A stretch of DNA of 64,000 nucleotides from Candidatus Woesearchaeota archaeon (lineage in GTDB: Archaea; Nanobdellota; Nanobdellia; Woesearchaeales; UBA11576): the NCBI GenBank assembly GCA_018668595.1, contig JABJCP010000009.1:62735-126734 (forward strand), read 5' to 3'. Below the pieces are notes generated by a model. It ran no database searches, had not been told where the DNA came from, and saw nothing but the letters and a program-made list of their open reading frames with translations. Numbering within the stretch: the first letter of the stretch is position 1; every line of letters begins with the position of its first letter. This document shows positions 40,005-50,254 of this stretch, in pieces. The translations under genes were made by a program, and so were the position numbers.

Positions 40005-40359
40005 TTTTTATCACCTTTTTCATTTTTTAAATATGTTAAAATAATAAACTGATGTCGGTAATGATTTCGAACTAATATATAAATTTTTCGCTTTTTTAAC
40101 CACTTATAAGTGACAAAAACAAACAAAAATTAAGGTTTCTACTAACTGACATATGAGGCAATTTCCCTAATACTGCACTAAATAAGCCAAAAGATCAACA
40201 TCTACTAACTAAAAAGTATATACAAAACGTTTTCACCATAAAATACAGTGTTAAACAATATATATTTGGTACAACTAATATATACTGAGAGATAGAATAC
40301 AATCTACTCTCAATTCAACTGCAAATTTTTTCAAAGTAAATATTGAGGGGTAATAAATT

Positions 40360-41472
40360 ATGGTAGATCCATCTTTGTTAGATGAAATTTTATTAATTCA
40401 TAACGCACTTGTTAAAGCTAGATTTCCTGAAAATGTGTTTGGAGAATTGAAAGCTTCAGAAAAAACAGATCAAGAAAGAGAACTAAAAACTACGTATAGA
40501 ACAATTCTAAAAAAAATTCATCCTGATAAATATGCACAAATTGAGCAGGCAAGTTATTTAGCACAAGAAGCAACATCGCTTGTCAACAATTTATACGAAA
40601 AAGCAAAAGCAAAAATAAATTCAAATTCTTATGGAGAAATTTTAAATGACAAATCAAGTTTTGGTGATGCAACTTCAATCGAAACAACTTTTGACTTAAA
40701 TGATTATTGTTATGAATTACTAAAAGATCCTGTGCAGGGAGATTTTTGTGATGTTTTTTTTGGAGTGCGAGAAAATGATTCAGGTCTTGAACATATTTGT
40801 TTCAAAGTTGTAGAAGATAAAAGCAATAATAGTTTACTTGAACGAGAAAAAGAAATTCTAACGTCAATTACCCATAAATCAATTCCAATTTTTCTTGATT
40901 CAGCCATACTTGAAGATGATAGACAAGCAAATATTCTCAGACGTGTAGAAGGAAGTTATGATTTGTATGAAGTTAAAGACCAATTTCCTGACGGAGTACC
41001 TCAAGAGCATGCAGTTTGGATTTTAGACAGATTACTTAGTGTTCTTGGTTACTTACACACAAATAAAATTATTCATGGAAGTATTGAACCGGGAAATATC
41101 TTAATTACTCCTCATAACCATAATGGATTTCTTATAGATTACACTTTAGGAATTAAAGAAGCAACAAAAACCAATTCAAAATATTTCGGAACAAATGATT
41201 ATAGTGCACCTGAAATTGAAAAAGGAGAATCACCTCATCCCTCATCTGACTTGTATTCTTTAGGAAAATCAATCATTTTTCTAATGGGTGGAAATAACAC
41301 AACGCCACTCGCGAACATTGATCCAAAATTAAATTCATACTTAGCAAATTTTGTAACAGAAGATCCATCGAGGAGAACTAATGATGCTTGGAAAGCATGG
41401 CATGAGCTAAAACAATTAAGAAAAGAGGTATTTGGAGCAGAGAATCAATTTTTAGAGCTTTGCTTAGATTAA
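40360..41472 (+). CDS. J-domain fused to a degenerate protein-kinase-like domain (pseudokinase)
   Basis: The J domain is YRTILKKIHPDKYA. The kinase-like core reads HGSIEPGNILI...LIDYTLG with an APE-like SAPE. Confidence 0.55.
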   Translation: MVDPSLLDEILLIHNALVKARFPENVFGELKASEKTDQERELKTTYRTILKKIHPDKYAQIEQASYLAQEATSLVNNLYEKAKAKINSNSYGEILNDKSSFGDATSIETTFDLNDYCYELLKDPVQGDFCDVFFGVRENDSGLEHICFKVVEDKSNNSLLEREKEILTSITHKSIPIFLDSAILEDDRQANILRRVEGSYDLYEVKDQFPDGVPQEHAVWILDRLLSVLGYLHTNKIIHGSIEPGNILITPHNHNGFLIDYTLGIKEATKTNSKYFGTNDYSAPEIEKGESPHPSSDLYSLGKSIIFLMGGNNTTPLANIDPKLNSYLANFVTEDPSRRTNDAWKAWHELKQLRKEVFGAENQFLELCLD

Positions 41473-41558
41473 AAAAATACAAAATAACCAAACAATAAAA
41501 CAATAAAACAACAAAATAAAAAAATAAAAAAACAAATCAAAACATGGAGGGATAAAAT

Positions 41559-42545
41559 ATGGGAGGAGGAAGTTATTCAAGAGATGTTGGGCGCTCGTCG
41601 TCTTCAGGAAGTTTTAGTTCAGGAGGAACATCAAGTTCTAGGGCTAAAAGCGATTTGTCTCAGTATGGGCTGCACAACGATTTAAAACCAAACAGGGTAA
41701 TAACATCACTCAAAGAAAGTCCGATTGTTATTGCACTTGACGTAACAGGATCGAACAGAGAGTTCTCAAGAATTGTGTACGACAAAGCACCTATGCTTCA
41801 TGGACAAATAGAACAACAAGGATATCTAAAAGATTTTGATATTTGTTTTACAGCAGTTGGTGATGCATATTGTGATCGTGCACCTTTACAAGTCTGCGAC
41901 TTTGATTACGGAATAAATCTTGACAAACACCTCAAAAAACTTTTCTTAGAAGGTGGTGGTGGTGGTCAAACCATGGAAACTTATGAACTTGCAGCGCATT
42001 ACTTTAACACAAAGTGTGAAATGCCAAATGCAAAGATGCCTTTCTTTTTTTACATTGGAGATGAAGCACCGTATCCTGTTGTTGAGAGTAGAATCATTGA
42101 AAACGTAATGGGCGAAACTGGAGCAAACACATTAGAATCAAAGCTTGTTTTTTCAAAACTTTACAAAAAGTTTGAGGGAAATGTGTTCTATCTTCAAAAT
42201 CCTTATTGTGGGCGTGATAGAGATACTGCTGAGCGTATAAGAAGTGCATGGATTCAACAAATTGGTGTTGAGAACACAGAAAAAATAATTCCAGTTCATG
42301 AGGAGAAATCAGTAATTGATTTGATTCTTGGAGTTATTGCAATGACGTCGCATGCTAGAACTTTGGATTCTTATAGAACAGACATGGTACAGAGAGGTCA
42401 AACATCAACAAGAGTTGCAAATGTTGACAAATCTCTTGGGCAGTTTGAAACTAGAGTTGCAAAAAAACCAAAACAAAACGCAGTTAGTGTTCCAAGAAAA
42501 AGATCATCCAGATCTAGAAAACGAAGTGGAGCTAAAATAATTTAA
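41559..42545 (+). CDS. von Willebrand factor A (VWA)-like domain protein with a Gly/Ser-rich N-terminus
   Basis: A MIDAS-like motif is IALDVTGSN. A GGGGG loop is also present. Confidence 0.45.
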   Translation: MGGGSYSRDVGRSSSSGSFSSGGTSSSRAKSDLSQYGLHNDLKPNRVITSLKESPIVIALDVTGSNREFSRIVYDKAPMLHGQIEQQGYLKDFDICFTAVGDAYCDRAPLQVCDFDYGINLDKHLKKLFLEGGGGGQTMETYELAAHYFNTKCEMPNAKMPFFFYIGDEAPYPVVESRIIENVMGETGANTLESKLVFSKLYKKFEGNVFYLQNPYCGRDRDTAERIRSAWIQQIGVENTEKIIPVHEEKSVIDLILGVIAMTSHARTLDSYRTDMVQRGQTSTRVANVDKSLGQFETRVAKKPKQNAVSVPRKRSSRSRKRSGAKII

Positions 42546-42611
42546 TAAAACAAAGTAAAGAATCAAACCAAAATTAACCCAATATAAACAAAACAAAACC
42601 TGGAGGTTAAA

Positions 42612-43526
42612 ATGCTAATATCAACATTACCATCTGCAAATAAATTAAAACAAATCGAAGAAATGTTTTCCAACCCCTCAATAGTTGGTGCTAGATATAA
42701 TGTTGGTATTAGATCCTCCTATGGTCCGCACATGACTTTGATGATGGTAAGTAAAGTAGCAAAAGCAACTAATAAAGATTTATGGGTTGATCTTAAAGGA
42801 AGACAATTAAGAATTCAAACGTGGGCAGATCCAACTTATGGAGATATAGAACTTAATCATGCAATTGAAGTTGATTTGCCTGCAAAAGTTTATTTCAGAG
42901 GAGATCAGTCTTCAACATTAGTGCAATATAGTGGTAATAAAATTGTTGTTGATCCAGATCCTCCGAATGCTCTTGGTGCAGGCCAAGCAATTAACATAAT
43001 TGGAAATAATTTAAAAATTAAAGGAGATTATTTAACAAACACAGATAAAGAATATTTAGAAGCTGCACAAAAACTAGGGGTTAAAAATTTTATGCTTTCT
43101 TTTGTTGAACAGGAAAGTGATTTGCAAGAAGTGAGAAATTATATTCCTGATGCAAATTTAATTTTAAAGATTGAAAGCATTGGTGGTTTAAGGTATGTGG
43201 CAAATGATTATCATAAAACCAGTAAGTGCAATCTTATGGCTGCGCGTGATGACTTAATGATTAACATAGGGGATAATAAAGCAAATATGATTCCTGCACT
43301 CGAACTTATTGTTGCAAAAGATCCTGATGCAGTTTTAGCTTCTCATTTATTTAGATCTTTAGAACACTCAGGAGGTTTAGCAATGGGAGACATTTCTGAC
43401 ATTGTTTTAATGAAAGATATGGGTTATAAAAATTTTATGCTTAGCGACGGTGTTGCACATCATCATTTTGAAGAAGCTGTTAAATATTGGAATGATATTA
43501 ATAAGTGGTACAAAGATCACAACTAA
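42612..43526 (+). CDS. Pyruvate-kinase-like / HpcH-HpaI-like TIM-barrel protein
   Basis: LILKIESIGGL...MAARDDLMINIG resembles the pyruvate kinase barrel K.E..eG...MvARGDLg motif. Confidence 0.3.
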   Translation: MLISTLPSANKLKQIEEMFSNPSIVGARYNVGIRSSYGPHMTLMMVSKVAKATNKDLWVDLKGRQLRIQTWADPTYGDIELNHAIEVDLPAKVYFRGDQSSTLVQYSGNKIVVDPDPPNALGAGQAINIIGNNLKIKGDYLTNTDKEYLEAAQKLGVKNFMLSFVEQESDLQEVRNYIPDANLILKIESIGGLRYVANDYHKTSKCNLMAARDDLMINIGDNKANMIPALELIVAKDPDAVLASHLFRSLEHSGGLAMGDISDIVLMKDMGYKNFMLSDGVAHHHFEEAVKYWNDINKWYKDHN

Positions 43527-43560
43527 AATCAAAAATAAGTATTAATGCAGTTGATAAAAA

Positions 43561-44958
43561 ATGAAATCAATATACCTCATTGCAGGACTTGGCTTTGGAG
43601 ACGAAGGTAAGGGGACGATTGTAGATTTCTTAACAGAATACAAAAACGCAAATTCAATAGTAAGATATAATGGTGGACCTCAAGCAGCACATAATGTTGT
43701 AAAAAATAATATAGAACATTGTTTTGCTCAGTTTGGTTCAGGTTCTCTTTGTCAAACAAAACCAAAAACTTATCTTTCAAAAAATATGTTTGTAGATCCA
43801 CTATCGCTTCTAGTTGAAAAAGAAAGTTTAGAAAAAAAATTAAATCACAATCCTTTAGAACATTTAATAATAGATAACGAATCTTATATCATAACACCCC
43901 TGCATAAACTTGTTGGTCAAATGAGAGAAATTTCCAAAAGAACTGGTAGTTGTGGTATGGGTGTTGGTGAAGCAGTTAGAGATTCTAATGTTTGGAAAAA
44001 TAGATCGATCAAAGCAGAAGATCTAAAAGACAAAGACAATCTAAAAAACAAATTAAATTTTATGTGGAGGATTAAATTAGATCAAGCAGAGCAATTATTA
44101 GATTCTGACCCTGCCAATAAAGAATTGCAAAATAGATACAATAAAATCAGTCAACCTGATTTTGTAGATTCAATTGTTTCTGAATATACAAACTTCACAA
44201 ACCAAGTAAACATCATGCCTGATTGTCATAAAGAAGCATTAAAAAACCAAACCATTATTTTTGAAGGTGCTCAAGGAATTTTACTCGACGTAAATTATGG
44301 GTTTTGGCCTCATGTCACAAAAACAGATATCACTTACAAGAATGCAGAGGACTTGATAGCCAAAACTAATCCAAACACAACAAAAAACAAAATAGGAATT
44401 CTTAGAGCATATTTAACAAGGCATGGTGCAGGACCTTTTGTAACTGAAAACACAGATCTAACAAATACAATTCCTGATGTTCACAATCAAACTAATACTT
44501 GGCAAGATAATTTAAGGGTTGGTTATTTTGATCTTGTAGCAGCAAAGTATTCTTTAGAAGTGATTGGAAACCTAAACAGCATTGCACTTACAAATATAGA
44601 TAGATTAACAAATAAAAATAATGTTAAAGTTTGCACAAATTATGAATATGCAGGAAATGAAAACATAGATGATTATTTCAATTATCAAATAATAGATGAT
44701 AAAAAAATAATCAATAAAATTAAAGTAACTAAGCAATCAGACCGATATCATCAATCAAAACTAGCAGATCTACTAAATCAGTGCACTCCTGTTTACAAAT
44801 CATTCGAGCCTTGGACCAACAACACACCAGAAGATCAAAACTTAAAAACCTACTTAGATTATTTAGAATCAGAAAAAGCTCTCAACACAAAAATAAGTAT
44901 TCTTTCATTCGGGCCTGAAAGTAAGGATAAGGTTGTTTATCGTCAAGAATTAGTTTAA
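43561..44958 (+). CDS. purA: Adenylosuccinate synthetase (divergent, long form)
   Basis: The P-loop is GLGFGDEGKGTIVDFL. The motif RAYLTRHGAGPF corresponds to the conserved TRVG-GPF. Confidence 0.6.
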   Translation: MKSIYLIAGLGFGDEGKGTIVDFLTEYKNANSIVRYNGGPQAAHNVVKNNIEHCFAQFGSGSLCQTKPKTYLSKNMFVDPLSLLVEKESLEKKLNHNPLEHLIIDNESYIITPLHKLVGQMREISKRTGSCGMGVGEAVRDSNVWKNRSIKAEDLKDKDNLKNKLNFMWRIKLDQAEQLLDSDPANKELQNRYNKISQPDFVDSIVSEYTNFTNQVNIMPDCHKEALKNQTIIFEGAQGILLDVNYGFWPHVTKTDITYKNAEDLIAKTNPNTTKNKIGILRAYLTRHGAGPFVTENTDLTNTIPDVHNQTNTWQDNLRVGYFDLVAAKYSLEVIGNLNSIALTNIDRLTNKNNVKVCTNYEYAGNENIDDYFNYQIIDDKKIINKIKVTKQSDRYHQSKLADLLNQCTPVYKSFEPWTNNTPEDQNLKTYLDYLESEKALNTKISILSFGPESKDKVVYRQELV

Positions 44959-45077
44959 ATCTAATTAAAATATTATCTAAATTAGTTATAATCCTGGCTA
45001 TGATTGTCTCTCTCACCGGAATATCTACAAATTTCTTTCAATAAACTATTTAAATCTTCTAAGTTCTTTAATGTTGT

Positions 45078-45506
45078 ATGTTAAGGGATAAAGAGGCAGT
45101 GTTGCTTAGACATTTGAGACAGGATTCAAGGAAAAGTTTGGCTAAGATTAGCAAAGAAACTAATATTCCTCTTTCTACTTTGTGTGATAATCTGAAAAAA
45201 TTAGAATCAGGAGTTATTCAAAAGCATGCTTCATTGCTTGACTTTTCAAAGTTGGGTTTTAATTTTAAAGCAACATTTGTAATAAGTACTAATAAAAAAA
45301 AAGAGTTAAGAGATTTTTTGACTCTTCACCCTCAAGTTAATTCTTTATCAACTTTAATTAATAATTATGATTTTTATGCAGAGTGTGTTTTTCGCGATCT
45401 AAAAGATATGGAATCTTTCAAAGATAAATTGGATTGTTTTGAAATTAAAGAACTGGAAGAAAATTTAATAATTGAAGAATTCAAAAAAGAAGGATTTTTC
45501 ATTTAA
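45078..45506 (+). CDS. Lrp/AsnC-family transcriptional regulator
   Basis: The HTH reads LRHLRQDSRKSLAKISKETNIPLSTLCDNLKKLE. Confidence 0.5.
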   Translation: MLRDKEAVLLRHLRQDSRKSLAKISKETNIPLSTLCDNLKKLESGVIQKHASLLDFSKLGFNFKATFVISTNKKKELRDFLTLHPQVNSLSTLINNYDFYAECVFRDLKDMESFKDKLDCFEIKELEENLIIEEFKKEGFFI

Positions 45507-45540
45507 TTTTTATTTGTATTCTTATTTTATTTTTTCTATT

Positions 45541-46398
45541 TTATTTTTTCCCTTTTTTTGAACTATTTTCACTTTTATTGCTTTTACTTTTTTTACTTTT
45601 TTCACTTTTAGATTTAGTTTTACTATGTTTACTTGTTTTCTTTTTTTTGTTCTTTTTATTTTTCTTATTAACATAGTCTCTTCTTCTTTGTAGTGCTTCT
45701 TTACCTTCTTTATATTTTGAGCGAACTTTTTCAGTTGCAGATCCTGCGCATTCCAAGTCATTATATGTTTTATCCATAATTTCTTCTGCGCGATCTAGAG
45801 CACTTACTGCTTTTTCTAAATTATTTTCATCATATCCTCCAGATTCACAAAGTCTATTTAATCCAGAGTATCCGAGTCTAGTCATTTTATCTGCAACATA
45901 TAATATTTTTTCTTCATTACTGGCTAGACTTCCAACATCTTGATTATGTGCTATAATTATTTTTTTTATTTTTTTTATTCTAGCATTATCCAAGCCTAAT
46001 TTTTTTAGAAATTGTTCACAGGCTTTTGCACTGTAGAAATTATGGTTATTTGCAATTTCATCATCTGATTTTTTTTCTACTGAAGATTTATTCAATCTCT
46101 TAATCAAATACCCTAAATCATGACACATTGCAGCAGCTATAACTTCATCATCAACAGAATTTCCTTGTTGTTTATATAATTCCTTGATATTTTTAAGAAC
46201 ATCTATTGTGTGCCCGGTTCCATTTGTTTCTAAAACACTTGATTCATATTGGCCATTAGGCGTCAAATTATTGTAAAATCCACTAACATCGCGCCATAAA
46301 TCAACAGTATAACTATGTTTAGGTTTATTAGAATTCACACTATTTGCTAAATTTGTTTCATTTAAAACCATTTTAACCCCTATATTACAGATCATCAT
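45541..46398 (-). CDS. HD-domain phosphohydrolase with a long Lys-rich C-terminal tail
   Basis: The HD motif is AAMCHDLGYL with a downstream D in LYVADKM. The tail is ...KKNKKNKKKKTSKHSKTKSKSEKSKKSK. Confidence 0.5.
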   Translation of the reverse strand: MMICNIGVKMVLNETNLANSVNSNKPKHSYTVDLWRDVSGFYNNLTPNGQYESSVLETNGTGHTIDVLKNIKELYKQQGNSVDDEVIAAAMCHDLGYLIKRLNKSSVEKKSDDEIANNHNFYSAKACEQFLKKLGLDNARIKKIKKIIIAHNQDVGSLASNEEKILYVADKMTRLGYSGLNRLCESGGYDENNLEKAVSALDRAEEIMDKTYNDLECAGSATEKVRSKYKEGKEALQRRRDYVNKKNKKNKKKKTSKHSKTKSKSEKSKKSKSNKSENSSKKGKK

Positions 46399-46525
46399 CA
46401 GTTTATATATGTTATTATAAGTTTTTTATAAAATTGATATAATTCTCTTTTTTCTTTTTAAACAAATTGTTTTTTTCGGAAACTTTCCAGTATTTCATCA
46501 ATAAGCTTTTTTAAAAAAAACATAC

Positions 46526-47221
46526 TTGTATTCTATGATGTCTAACAAAATACTTAACAAACTAAAAACTGAACCAATCATTCAAAGAGCGGCAGATCCT
46601 ATTTTATCTAATTCAGTTCAAGTTATTAGAAAGTCTAACTCTCCTATTTTATTTGAAAACAAGAAACAAGATATTGTAGATATAGTGGATGAATTTTACA
46701 ATTCATTAAGTGTTTGTATGAGTCAAGATTCTGCTATCGAAACAAAAGTAATTCTTGAGAAAAAACATAATATTGCATTAAGATTAGACTTTGATTCTAA
46801 GGGGATATATACTGGTAAAGTATCTGTTGTTGAATCTGCAAGTCTTCATCAAGGTCATATAAAATACTTAATGAGTGATAAACAGTATGATCATTTTCTT
46901 ATCACAACTGATTGTTCAAGATACGGACCTCATTTAGAGGCTAGTGTAAATATGGTTTGTGAATTATTTAATCTTAATGTTAAAAAAGATCAATTTCCAT
47001 TAGTATTAAAAGATAATAGAAACAACAATGCTGCAGCAGTTCTTGGATCATATTTGGTTTTTCCTACTGATACTGGTTCTTTTAATATTTCAAATCCTAA
47101 ACGAGAAGTTTTTGGAACAGTTAAGTTAAATAAAAATTATGTCAATAAAGGAGTTTCTTTGAAAAAACCTTTGTTGTATTCTATTGTTAAAGAAATTTAT
47201 CAAGCTAATACGGGGGTATAA
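46526..47221 (+). CDS. Hypothetical protein; first member of the N-terminal-motif family (MMSNKILNKLKTEP)
   Basis: It shares the N-terminal motif with the six downstream genes. Confidence 0.4.
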   Translation: MYSMMSNKILNKLKTEPIIQRAADPILSNSVQVIRKSNSPILFENKKQDIVDIVDEFYNSLSVCMSQDSAIETKVILEKKHNIALRLDFDSKGIYTGKVSVVESASLHQGHIKYLMSDKQYDHFLITTDCSRYGPHLEASVNMVCELFNLNVKKDQFPLVLKDNRNNNAAAVLGSYLVFPTDTGSFNISNPKREVFGTVKLNKNYVNKGVSLKKPLLYSIVKEIYQANTGV

Positions 47222-47224
47222 ATA

Positions 47225-47854
47225 ATGGATCCAATTTTAAAAAGTTTAAAAAAAGGCGAAAGTTTTACAGGAGGTTATACTTCAACTACTCAACAATATA
47301 ATCCTATAGGTTCTGATTCTGAGAGTGGTTGGAAAAATTATTTGAAAAAAGGAGCTATCGCATTAGGTATTGTTGGTGTTCTAAGTATGGGTGGTTTTGG
47401 TATTTACAAAGGAGTTTCTTGGTTAACTGAAAAAAAAGATGCAGTTGAAACTATTGAAGAAATTATTGTAGCAAACCCTGATCAATTACAAAATTTAGAC
47501 GAGAAACAAGTGTTAACTGTTGTTCGTTCAGGACTAGAATTAAAACCTGAATATTCTGATATGTTTATTCAAGAAAGTATCAAAGCAGCAGAAATTTCAG
47601 GGCATAATTATAATTCAGATACTTATCTGGTAATGTTTGATGTTATAAAGCGTGAAGCAGAATTAAAACCCGAGATAATGGATCATTTTGGACCTAAAGC
47701 AAAAGATCGTCTTAATCATGGTAAAGCAAAAAAGTTTGTGAGAACTTTAGAGGATGAAGCAGATTCTGCTGCAAAAGTTGCTAAAAAGAAAATGGAAGAT
47801 ACGTGGGGATTTTTTAAGGACGGTTATGTTTTACTGCAAGAAAGATTTGAATAA
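47225..47854 (+). CDS. Hypothetical protein with N-terminal motif MDPILKSLKK and a TM segment
   Basis: It carries the N-terminal motif. A hydrophobic helix is AIALGIVGVLSMGGFGIY. Confidence 0.4.
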   Translation: MDPILKSLKKGESFTGGYTSTTQQYNPIGSDSESGWKNYLKKGAIALGIVGVLSMGGFGIYKGVSWLTEKKDAVETIEEIIVANPDQLQNLDEKQVLTVVRSGLELKPEYSDMFIQESIKAAEISGHNYNSDTYLVMFDVIKREAELKPEIMDHFGPKAKDRLNHGKAKKFVRTLEDEADSAAKVAKKKMEDTWGFFKDGYVLLQERFE

Positions 47855-47909
47855 AAAAGTTAAACAAATTAAATTAAACAAATTAAATAATTGTGGATGG
47901 TGGTTTATT

Positions 47910-48170
47910 ATGGGAATTATTAGAAAAACTTTATTTTATGTTTCAATTATTAGCATGGCATCAGGTTTTGGTTATTGTGTTGGTAAAGGTGTTGGAGATA
48001 AACAGTGTCGAGAAGAAATTCATGAAGGGTATTTCACACATCCAGACTCAGGTCAGAAATATGAACTAAATGTTGAAGAAGGAACTTTAGAAAAATTAAG
48101 TGGAGAATATGAAAAACCTAAAGATTATATTGGTGAAAAAGGCCTAAAAGAAATTTTTGAAAGTAGGTAA
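47910..48170 (+). CDS. Small membrane protein
   Basis: The internal start MGIIRKTLFYVSIISMASGF follows a GGTGG SD. The track start (47754) overlaps the upstream gene. Confidence 0.35.
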   Translation: MGIIRKTLFYVSIISMASGFGYCVGKGVGDKQCREEIHEGYFTHPDSGQKYELNVEEGTLEKLSGEYEKPKDYIGEKGLKEIFESR

Positions 48171-48242
48171 TTGAGTTGTTAAGCACAGGGATAATTAAGT
48201 AATTAATTATTGGATTTTTTATTAAAATTATTAGGTGGTATT

Positions 48243-49520
48243 ATGGCAGATGTTATTAAAAATAAATTAAAGGAAAGAACAACTTTAGATGAAGAGCTTT
48301 CAGATAATCCTTCAGGTTCTGACACTCCATCACAAAGAAAATTAAAAGACAAAGATATTTTAAATAATTTAAAAGATACGGGAGTTAATCAAGATCCTGC
48401 CATCACTCAACAATTTGTTAGAGAGAAAAGGGATTTGATAAGAAATGGTCGTAATAAAAGTGCTGCAATAAAGTCTCAGTTAAAACAACCAAGAGGAGAA
48501 AATCAACAAACAGGACAAATAGGGAATACTGCAATTCAACCTTATCAACCAACTCAATCAGTTCAACCTATTCAATCAGTTAATCCTGTTCAAGTTCAAC
48601 CTTATCAACCAACTACTGTAACCTCTCAAGATGCTCTTTTAGCAATGGGTATTGGAGAAAGTACGTCGGGAGATTTAACAAGATTAAATCAAACATTGGT
48701 TTTATTTAATAAAGGTCAAAAAGAATTAAAAGTTATTAAAAAAATTGATGATTCTCAAGTATATAGAGTCTGGCATTATGTTAAAACATTAGGTGGTACA
48801 AAAAAAGCAAAAGCAAGAATTACTCAAGTATTTAGATCTCAAAATGATAATGTTCGTCAGATGAATATGATTCTTGCAAGTATGATTGCTAGATTTGGAA
48901 AAGATGCTGCAGATATTAGCGGAACATTAGATGGTCTTATTTACAATGGTGCACAAACAATTAAAGCAAGAGATGCATATAGATCTAAATTAGCACCTAC
49001 GCTTGAATCGTATAATCAGGCAACGTCACTTCTTTCAAATTTAGATCGAGATAAAGAACCGGATAAATATTATTCTCATCTAAAAACAGTTATTGATCTT
49101 AAGAGAAACTTAAGAAAATTAGGCTATGTTGTGAGAGATTCTGAAGCTACTGACAAACACAATCAAAGAGATCTTCAAAATTTATATTTACAGGAAGATT
49201 TGTTTAGTACTTTACTTTATGGTGCTATGGAAATGGCTAAAACTACTGAGCGTTATCAACAAACTCTCGACAATAATCTTAAAGTTTGGGAAGCCACAAT
49301 TCCTTTAGCCGATGCAGTCAGAGCAGTTAGTCAAGGTCTTACGGGTTTAGTCGGATTAAATAATGATTTGAATGGTCATTATGTTAGAGCAATTACAGGC
49401 ATGCAAAATATCTTTGCATCAAACCCTGGGGCTAACGCATTAGACAGTACTAATGTTCAGCTTCAGCAACTTGTCGAGGGAATTAACACTCAAAGATATC
49501 TTGCTAGTGGTCAGGATTAA
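48243..49520 (+). CDS. Hypothetical protein with N-terminal motif MADVIKNKLK and a Q/P-rich linker (QPYQPTQSVQPIQSVNPVQVQPYQP)
   Basis: It carries the N-terminal motif. A GGTGG SD precedes ATG 48243. Confidence 0.4.
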   Translation: MADVIKNKLKERTTLDEELSDNPSGSDTPSQRKLKDKDILNNLKDTGVNQDPAITQQFVREKRDLIRNGRNKSAAIKSQLKQPRGENQQTGQIGNTAIQPYQPTQSVQPIQSVNPVQVQPYQPTTVTSQDALLAMGIGESTSGDLTRLNQTLVLFNKGQKELKVIKKIDDSQVYRVWHYVKTLGGTKKAKARITQVFRSQNDNVRQMNMILASMIARFGKDAADISGTLDGLIYNGAQTIKARDAYRSKLAPTLESYNQATSLLSNLDRDKEPDKYYSHLKTVIDLKRNLRKLGYVVRDSEATDKHNQRDLQNLYLQEDLFSTLLYGAMEMAKTTERYQQTLDNNLKVWEATIPLADAVRAVSQGLTGLVGLNNDLNGHYVRAITGMQNIFASNPGANALDSTNVQLQQLVEGINTQRYLASGQD

Positions 49521-49563
49521 CTCACTAAGAATTTGATTTTTTTCATTTTGAGGATTGACTAGA

Positions 49564-50253
49564 ATGGATAAGATAAAAAACAAATTGAAACAGGATCTTG
49601 ATAAAAAAAATAGGAGACATAATAGAAAAGCAAAACGTATGTCGACCAATATTTTATCAAAATTAAAAACAACAATACCTCCTCATAGAGAAATAACTAA
49701 TAAAAGTTCAAGAAGAATTATTGATGCGCTTAAAGAACAGTATAAACAGTATAATCAAGCAATTCTTGATGTTGGAGAAATTAGGGACGAGTATCAATTG
49801 CTTGTTAATGATGAGAGTGTTAGAAATCCATTTATTGTAAGTTCTGGTCTTGTAGATATAATAAGAAATGAAACTAAAAATTTAAATTCAAATGAAAAAA
49901 AAGCAAGACGCATTTATGATTGGATTGAAAAAAACATAGAGTATGGTAAAGGATTAAAAAAATATAGTAATTCTGAAGAAGTAATTAATCAGCGTCGGGG
50001 TGTTTGTGGTGAAATGGCTTTTGTATACGTCACAATGGCAAGATGCATTGGTTTAAAGTCTAGTTATGTTAGTGTAAGAAGAGATTATAGTGGAAAAAAA
50101 GTTCATCATGCTTGTGCTGTTGTGAGAACAGAAAGAGGTAATATTTTTGTTGATCCTGCATATCACACATATGATGTGAAACACAAGGATTACGAAGTAC
50201 TTAATGATGTTGAAGTTTTAGAAAGATTTAATCAATGGAGGGGAAGAGAATAA
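49564..50253 (+). CDS. Transglutaminase-like cysteine protease domain protein with N-terminal motif MDKIKNKLKQ
   Basis: The catalytic Cys motif is RRGVCGEMAFVYVTMARCIGL. The His/Asp part is HHACAVVRTERGNIFVDPAYH. Confidence 0.55.
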   Translation: MDKIKNKLKQDLDKKNRRHNRKAKRMSTNILSKLKTTIPPHREITNKSSRRIIDALKEQYKQYNQAILDVGEIRDEYQLLVNDESVRNPFIVSSGLVDIIRNETKNLNSNEKKARRIYDWIEKNIEYGKGLKKYSNSEEVINQRRGVCGEMAFVYVTMARCIGLKSSYVSVRRDYSGKKVHHACAVVRTERGNIFVDPAYHTYDVKHKDYEVLNDVEVLERFNQWRGRE

Positions 50254-50254
50254 A

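Noticed and set aside
45522-45761. 79-aa Lys-rich ORF on the minus strand
   Set aside because: It is an alternative frame of the low-complexity A-rich tract that encodes the Lys-rich tail of the HD protein, and it overlaps the longer ORF entirely.
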